Assembly: GCA_946612625.1 (NCBI GenBank) | Contig: CAMOEW010000004.1 | Location: forward strand, 3-64,002 | Direction of reading: 5' to 3' | DNA from: an uncultured Prevotella sp. | Lineage (GTDB): Bacteria > Bacteroidota > Bacteroidia > Bacteroidales > Bacteroidaceae | DNA: 64,000 nucleotides | Part shown: in pieces, positions 59,522 through 64,000 of the stretch | How the letters are laid out: every line of letters starts with the position of its first letter | Numbering within the stretch: position 1 is the first letter of the stretch | The notes under the pieces: generated by a model | The model's database searches: none | What the model was told of the DNA's origin: nothing | The model's input: only the letters and a program-made list of their open reading frames with translations | Position numbers and translations under genes: made by a program

Positions 59522-60823
59522 ATGAATGAAACACTGATAAGCAGTTTATATGAACTATACAAGAGTCATCCGATAATCACCACCGACAGTCGCAACTGTC
59601 CGGAAGGCTCGATATTCCTGGCATTGAAGGGCGAGTCGTTCGACGGTAATAAGTTTGCGCTCCAGGCATTGGAGAAAGGTTGCGCCTACGCTATTGTTGA
59701 CGAGGCTGATCTGAAGGCGAAAAACGACAGAATCATTGTGGTGGACGACTGTCTGCAGACATACAAGGATATGGCTCGCGAGCACCGCCGCCAGTTCAAC
59801 ATCCCGGTAATCGGTATCACGGGCACCAACGGCAAGACCACCACAAAGGAACTCATCGCTGCCGTACTCTCAGAGAAGTACAACGTGCTTTACACGCAAG
59901 GTAACTTCAACAACGATGTTGGAGTGCCGAAAACACTCTTCCGACTTAATCAAGAACATGACATTGCTGTGATTGAAATGGGCGCCAGCCATCCCGGGGA
60001 TATTAAAACGCTTGTCGAGACTGTGGAACCTACCTGCGGACTGATAACAAACGTGGGACGAGCGCATCTGCTGGGCTTCGGATCGTTTGAGGGCGTGAAG
60101 AAGACCAAAGGCGAACTTTATGATTTCTTGCGAGACTCGCTGATTTTTATCAATGCCGACAACGACCATCTGATGAAGATGGCAGAAGAAAGGGGAGTGA
60201 GCCGGTTATATACCTATTCCCAAAACGGCGATGGACAGGTGAACGGACGGATTATTGCGTGTGACCCATTCCTGCGCTTCGAATGGAGCAAGACTGACTC
60301 GCAGACATACGCCGTCAATTCTCAACTTATCGGCTCATACAATCTCGATAATATGCTTGCTGCTATCGCGGTGGGTATGCAATTCGACATTAACCCACAG
60401 CAGATTTGCCATGCACTGGAAAACTATGTCCCCAGCAACAACCGCTCACAGATGACTGTAACGGCAAGCAACCGACTGATAGTAGATGCCTATAATGCCA
60501 ATCCCTCGTCGATGAAAGCCGCCCTTGAAAACTTCGCACTGATACAGGCTGACCACAAGATGGCAATCCTCGGCGACATGCGCGAACTGGGCGAGGCATC
60601 TGCCGAAGAACACCAGAAGGTGGTGGACTATCTGCAGACAACCGGCATCGAGGAGGTATGGCTTGTAGGCGAGGAGTTTGGCAAGACCCAATGCCATTTC
60701 CGCAAGTTTACCGACGTGGAGGCTGTGAAAACCGCCATAGCCACACAGCGCCCTGAAGGGAAGTGCATACTCATCAAGGGCTCGAACAGCACCCGACTCT
60801 ACCAACTGCCAGACCTGCTGTGA
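59522..60823 (+). CDS. murF: UDP-N-acetylmuramoyl-tripeptide--D-Ala-D-Ala ligase
   Basis: TDSR, GTNGKTTTKE, DAYNANPSSM, GDMRELG, KGS. Confidence 0.95.
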   Translation: MNETLISSLYELYKSHPIITTDSRNCPEGSIFLALKGESFDGNKFALQALEKGCAYAIVDEADLKAKNDRIIVVDDCLQTYKDMAREHRRQFNIPVIGITGTNGKTTTKELIAAVLSEKYNVLYTQGNFNNDVGVPKTLFRLNQEHDIAVIEMGASHPGDIKTLVETVEPTCGLITNVGRAHLLGFGSFEGVKKTKGELYDFLRDSLIFINADNDHLMKMAEERGVSRLYTYSQNGDGQVNGRIIACDPFLRFEWSKTDSQTYAVNSQLIGSYNLDNMLAAIAVGMQFDINPQQICHALENYVPSNNRSQMTVTASNRLIVDAYNANPSSMKAALENFALIQADHKMAILGDMRELGEASAEEHQKVVDYLQTTGIEEVWLVGEEFGKTQCHFRKFTDVEAVKTAIATQRPEGKCILIKGSNSTRLYQLPDLL

Positions 60824-61695
60824 CCCGCATCCTATATGTCATACTGTCTATACTGCTCCTGACGGCCTGCCACGGCAACCGCGGGGAGATGGCAACTGGC
60901 AACGCCGTCTATTATTGGCGGACAGACCTTCGTCTCGACAGCACCGAACGCACATTCCTCAAACAGTATAATATTAATAAGGTGTACTGCCGCTACTTCG
61001 ACGTAGTGATGGACGGTCATAATCCCATGCCCAACGCCACCCTGACCTTCAGCGACACACTGCCCGAAGGCGTAGAGATTATCCCCACCGTCTATATCAC
61101 CGAGGACTGTATGCACGAGTACCACGAAGACCTGGCGGAGAAGGTCGTCGACCGTATCCTGCAGATGAACGAGACCAACGACATCCACAGTGTCAGCGAG
61201 ATACAAATAGACTGCGACTACACCGCGCACAGCCTGACGAACTACTACCGCTTTCTCAAGACTATAGAGAATGGAGAGTGGAGGACTAAAGGTGAGGGGA
61301 GGAGGAGAATCTCCACCACCATCCGACTGCACCAGCTCTCAATGCCCGCACCACCCGTGGACTACGGCGTGCTGATGCTCTACAACACCGGCGACCCGCG
61401 CCGGTTCACAGAGCGTAATCCGATACTCGACATTCGCGACGTCAAACCCTATCTCAGCCGTCTCACCGACTACCCGCTGCCTCTGGCCGCGGCCTATCCC
61501 ATCTACCAGTGGCAGCGACATATCCACGGCGTCTGGATAACCCACGAGGTGGCAGCAGAAGAGATTCTCCGCGTGAAACAGGCGGCAGAACAAGAGCGCC
61601 GGAGTTTGCGACAGACCATCATAACTTATCACTTAGACAAAGAGAACGTAAACAGATACACTCCTGAAGACTATGAGAAAATATATCATCACTAA
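60820..61695 (+). CDS. Hypothetical lipoprotein with a GH18-like/TIM-barrel QIDCD motif
   Basis: GTG start overlapping the murF stop; lipobox LTAC; YYWRT, RYFDV, EIQIDCD, STTIRLHQ, LMLYN. Confidence 0.65.
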   Translation: MTRILYVILSILLLTACHGNRGEMATGNAVYYWRTDLRLDSTERTFLKQYNINKVYCRYFDVVMDGHNPMPNATLTFSDTLPEGVEIIPTVYITEDCMHEYHEDLAEKVVDRILQMNETNDIHSVSEIQIDCDYTAHSLTNYYRFLKTIENGEWRTKGEGRRRISTTIRLHQLSMPAPPVDYGVLMLYNTGDPRRFTERNPILDIRDVKPYLSRLTDYPLPLAAAYPIYQWQRHIHGVWITHEVAAEEILRVKQAAEQERRSLRQTIITYHLDKENVNRYTPEDYEKIYHH

Positions 61696-63718
61696 CCTGC
61701 TGGCAGCCATCGCAGCACCGATGCTCGCCTGCGGATGGATGGATACCCACAACTATTATCTGTTCAGTGTCTACAACCGCGAGAGTTTCTCTCAGCGGGT
61801 AAACCGTATTGCCGACAACAACTGGCAAGCCTATCTCGGCACTACCGACAGTTACTTCTTCTTCGATGCCGACGAGATTATCAAGGCAGCACAGAAGAAA
61901 AACGATGCCCTGATGGTGGGCTACGTCAAGAACCTACGCAAATACCTGAACTGTGCCGAGGCCGCCCGCGACCGTTGGGAATATCCCACCAAGCAGCAAC
62001 TCGCCCAACGGCGGCAGACGCTCCAGACCATACGCACCTACGCACAAGGCAAGCTGAAGACCCGCCTGCGCAGTCAGCATGCCCTACTCTTCATGCGTTG
62101 CAACATGATGCTGGGCCGCCACCAGGAGAACGTCACCTTCTGGGAACAGACTGCCAGCAAGTACATTGAGACCGTCTACCGCGACATGATGCAGAACATC
62201 TATGCCGGCGCACTCCTTAAGACCGGCAAGACCGACCAAGCCGTCGGCATGTTCGCCGCCATGGGCGACGCAGAGAGCCTGATGACCCACTACTACAAGA
62301 AACGCTCATACGAAGCCATACGGCAGGAGTACATGCAGAATGCCAACTCGCCCGTGCTGCCCTTCCTTGTGCAAGACTTCGTGAACAATGCCCAGGAGAC
62401 GCTCGATGCCGAGAACGAGGGCTACAACTGGCCCGGAAAGATGTTTGTGCGCAACATACAGGCCAAGGAAGCTGCACAGATGAGACAGTTCTGCCAGCAG
62501 GTGGTCAAGGAGGGAAAGTCCGAGTCGCCAGCACTCTGGCAGAGTGCCAAGGCCTGGCTGGAGTATCTCTTCAGCGACAGGCAGCAGGCCCTGCAGGACA
62601 TCCGTAAAGCCACGACCCTGAAAGGCACGCCGCGCATGGCCGACAATGCCCATGTGCTGCAGCTCTATATCTGTGCTGCACAGACACAGATGACCGACGA
62701 CCAGCTGGCACAGGAACTGCAGTGGCTCTCGAAGAAAGACGATGAGGAAAAGAAAGCATACGGCGACATCGAAGGCACCCACTACACCGAAGTGCTAGAC
62801 CGGCTGACGCATCAGGTGCTCATAGACAAATATACACGGGCCGGACGCCAAGAAGTTGTTGCAGCACTGCTCAACATCACCAAGAACGGCTATCGGAACT
62901 ATATCGACACTATGCGTGTAGACCGTCTGATAGCCCTCAACCGCTACATCAAGAGTCCGGCAACGACAGCCATCGACCAGTGGCTGAAGCCCCGTATGGA
63001 GAGCAACGACACGCTGATGACCGACCTCATCGGCACGAAATACCTGCGTCTCTGCCAGTGGGAACAGGCACAGGAGTGGCTCAAGCAGGTGCCCATCGCC
63101 TACCTCAACAGCCAAGGCACCGCCGTCTATGCCGCCCACCGCAACTACAACGTTGAACCCTGGATGAAGCGCCAATGGCTACCGCTGAGCATCGTCTACG
63201 GCGACGAGCCTCAGCACCTGAAGCACAACTACAAACTCGCCTTCGCCCAGGAGATGCAGCGCTTAGAGAGCGGACAAAGCATGCTCTCCGAGCAAGCCCG
63301 GCAGCAGCGAGCCTACGACCTCGCCGTGCGCTATGCACAGGCCAGTTTCAGGGGCGACTGCTGGTACCTAACCCAATATGGCAAGAGCGTAAACGACACC
63401 CTGCGCGCCAACGAGACAGACTTCACCGCCAAGGCCGTCGCCCTGTTGCGGCAGGCTGCTGCTACCACCGACAACAGCTTCAGGGAGAAAGTGCTCTTTG
63501 CCCTCACCTGGCGGGAACTCTACGCCACACCATGGCGGGAGAGCGTGTGGGATGAGCAAAAGGGCGACTTCGTCACGCAACTCAACAAACAGTCGCAGCA
63601 CTATCAGACCCTGGCCGCCCTCGCCGCCTTTGAGCATGCTAACGGCAGCAAGCCAAGCCAGTACGTGTCGCGATGCGACGAGTTCAAGCAATTCAAGATG
63701 AGGGGAGCGAAGAAATAG
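61673..63718 (+). CDS. Hypothetical large alpha-helical (TPR-like) exported protein
   Basis: 681-aa ORF, signal-like N-terminus (MLAC), helical composition, overlaps the upstream gene. Confidence 0.7.
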   Translation: MRKYIITNLLAAIAAPMLACGWMDTHNYYLFSVYNRESFSQRVNRIADNNWQAYLGTTDSYFFFDADEIIKAAQKKNDALMVGYVKNLRKYLNCAEAARDRWEYPTKQQLAQRRQTLQTIRTYAQGKLKTRLRSQHALLFMRCNMMLGRHQENVTFWEQTASKYIETVYRDMMQNIYAGALLKTGKTDQAVGMFAAMGDAESLMTHYYKKRSYEAIRQEYMQNANSPVLPFLVQDFVNNAQETLDAENEGYNWPGKMFVRNIQAKEAAQMRQFCQQVVKEGKSESPALWQSAKAWLEYLFSDRQQALQDIRKATTLKGTPRMADNAHVLQLYICAAQTQMTDDQLAQELQWLSKKDDEEKKAYGDIEGTHYTEVLDRLTHQVLIDKYTRAGRQEVVAALLNITKNGYRNYIDTMRVDRLIALNRYIKSPATTAIDQWLKPRMESNDTLMTDLIGTKYLRLCQWEQAQEWLKQVPIAYLNSQGTAVYAAHRNYNVEPWMKRQWLPLSIVYGDEPQHLKHNYKLAFAQEMQRLESGQSMLSEQARQQRAYDLAVRYAQASFRGDCWYLTQYGKSVNDTLRANETDFTAKAVALLRQAAATTDNSFREKVLFALTWRELYATPWRESVWDEQKGDFVTQLNKQSQHYQTLAALAAFEHANGSKPSQYVSRCDEFKQFKMRGAKK

Positions 63719-63811
63719 TAAAAAAAATCCCCCTTTTCGAAATTTTTCTCTAAAATCCTGCACGTATTTGAAAAAAATGCATTAACTTTGCACCCGCTTT
63801 TCAAAAGCATT

Positions 63812-63887
63812 CGGGATGTAGCGCAGTTGGTAGCGCACTACGTTCGGGACGTAGGGGTCGGGCGTTCGAGTCGCCTCATCCCGACCA
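63812..63887 (+). tRNA. tRNA-Pro (CGG) with encoded CCA
   Basis: CGGGATG TAGCGCAGTTGGTAGCGC A CTACG TT CGG GA CGTAG ... GTTCGAGT ... CATCCCG A CCA; -7 box TAACTTTG at 63783-63790. Confidence 0.95.
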
Positions 63888-63907
63888 AAGGTTAATTTGG
63901 TGTTCGG

Positions 63908-63944
63908 TGGAAGTGGCTGGTTGTCAGTTGCTTCCATTTTTTTT
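63908..63944 (+). terminator. Intrinsic terminator after tRNA-Pro
   Basis: tggaagtggctg-gttgt-cagttgcttcca followed by a T tract. Confidence 0.75.
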
Positions 63945-63947
63945 ACT

Positions 63948-64000
63948 GAAATGCTGTCGTCAGGAGCGATGCGAATTCCTGAGTTTTGGAAATGCTGTCG
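63948..64000. repeat. Second locus of the 41-bp repeat family (truncated by the window end)
   Basis: gaaatgctgtcgtcaggagcgatgcgaattcctgagttttg, next copy starting at 63989 (41-bp period). Confidence 0.8.

Overview
Chromosomal window from a Bacteroidales bacterium (Prevotella-like: TAnnTTTG -7 promoter boxes, typical gene families). 1-8935 is a minus-strand type V pilus/fimbrial-like operon (DUF3575-type outer-membrane protein, Mfa2/FimB-like anchor, AT-rich major fimbrillin, two minor fimbrillins, and the truncated start of a large VYGGG-repeat adhesin). It is followed by korAB, a cell-envelope glycan/LPS modification cluster (16.1-34.3 kb), and housekeeping genes (secDF, HU, kduID, tRNA-Gln, tyrS, yidD, rnpA, hemD, metK, xerD, ackA-pta, cdaA, folP, murF, tRNA-Pro). 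The most unusual signal is a family of degenerate 9-nt tandem arrays (coding consensus ATA-RGS-CNY). They occur five times, only in the pilus operon, always in frame. In one orientation they build the hydrophobic core of three signal peptides (IGLIGHIG...). In the opposite orientation they form AYE/PYK linkers in two proteins. A four-helix-bundle (IVP/Avd-like) domain is fused in frame directly in front of one array and a fimbrillin. A separate 41-bp palindromic repeat family occurs at 12.2 kb and 63.9 kb. All calls are from visual motif recognition only; no database searches were run.
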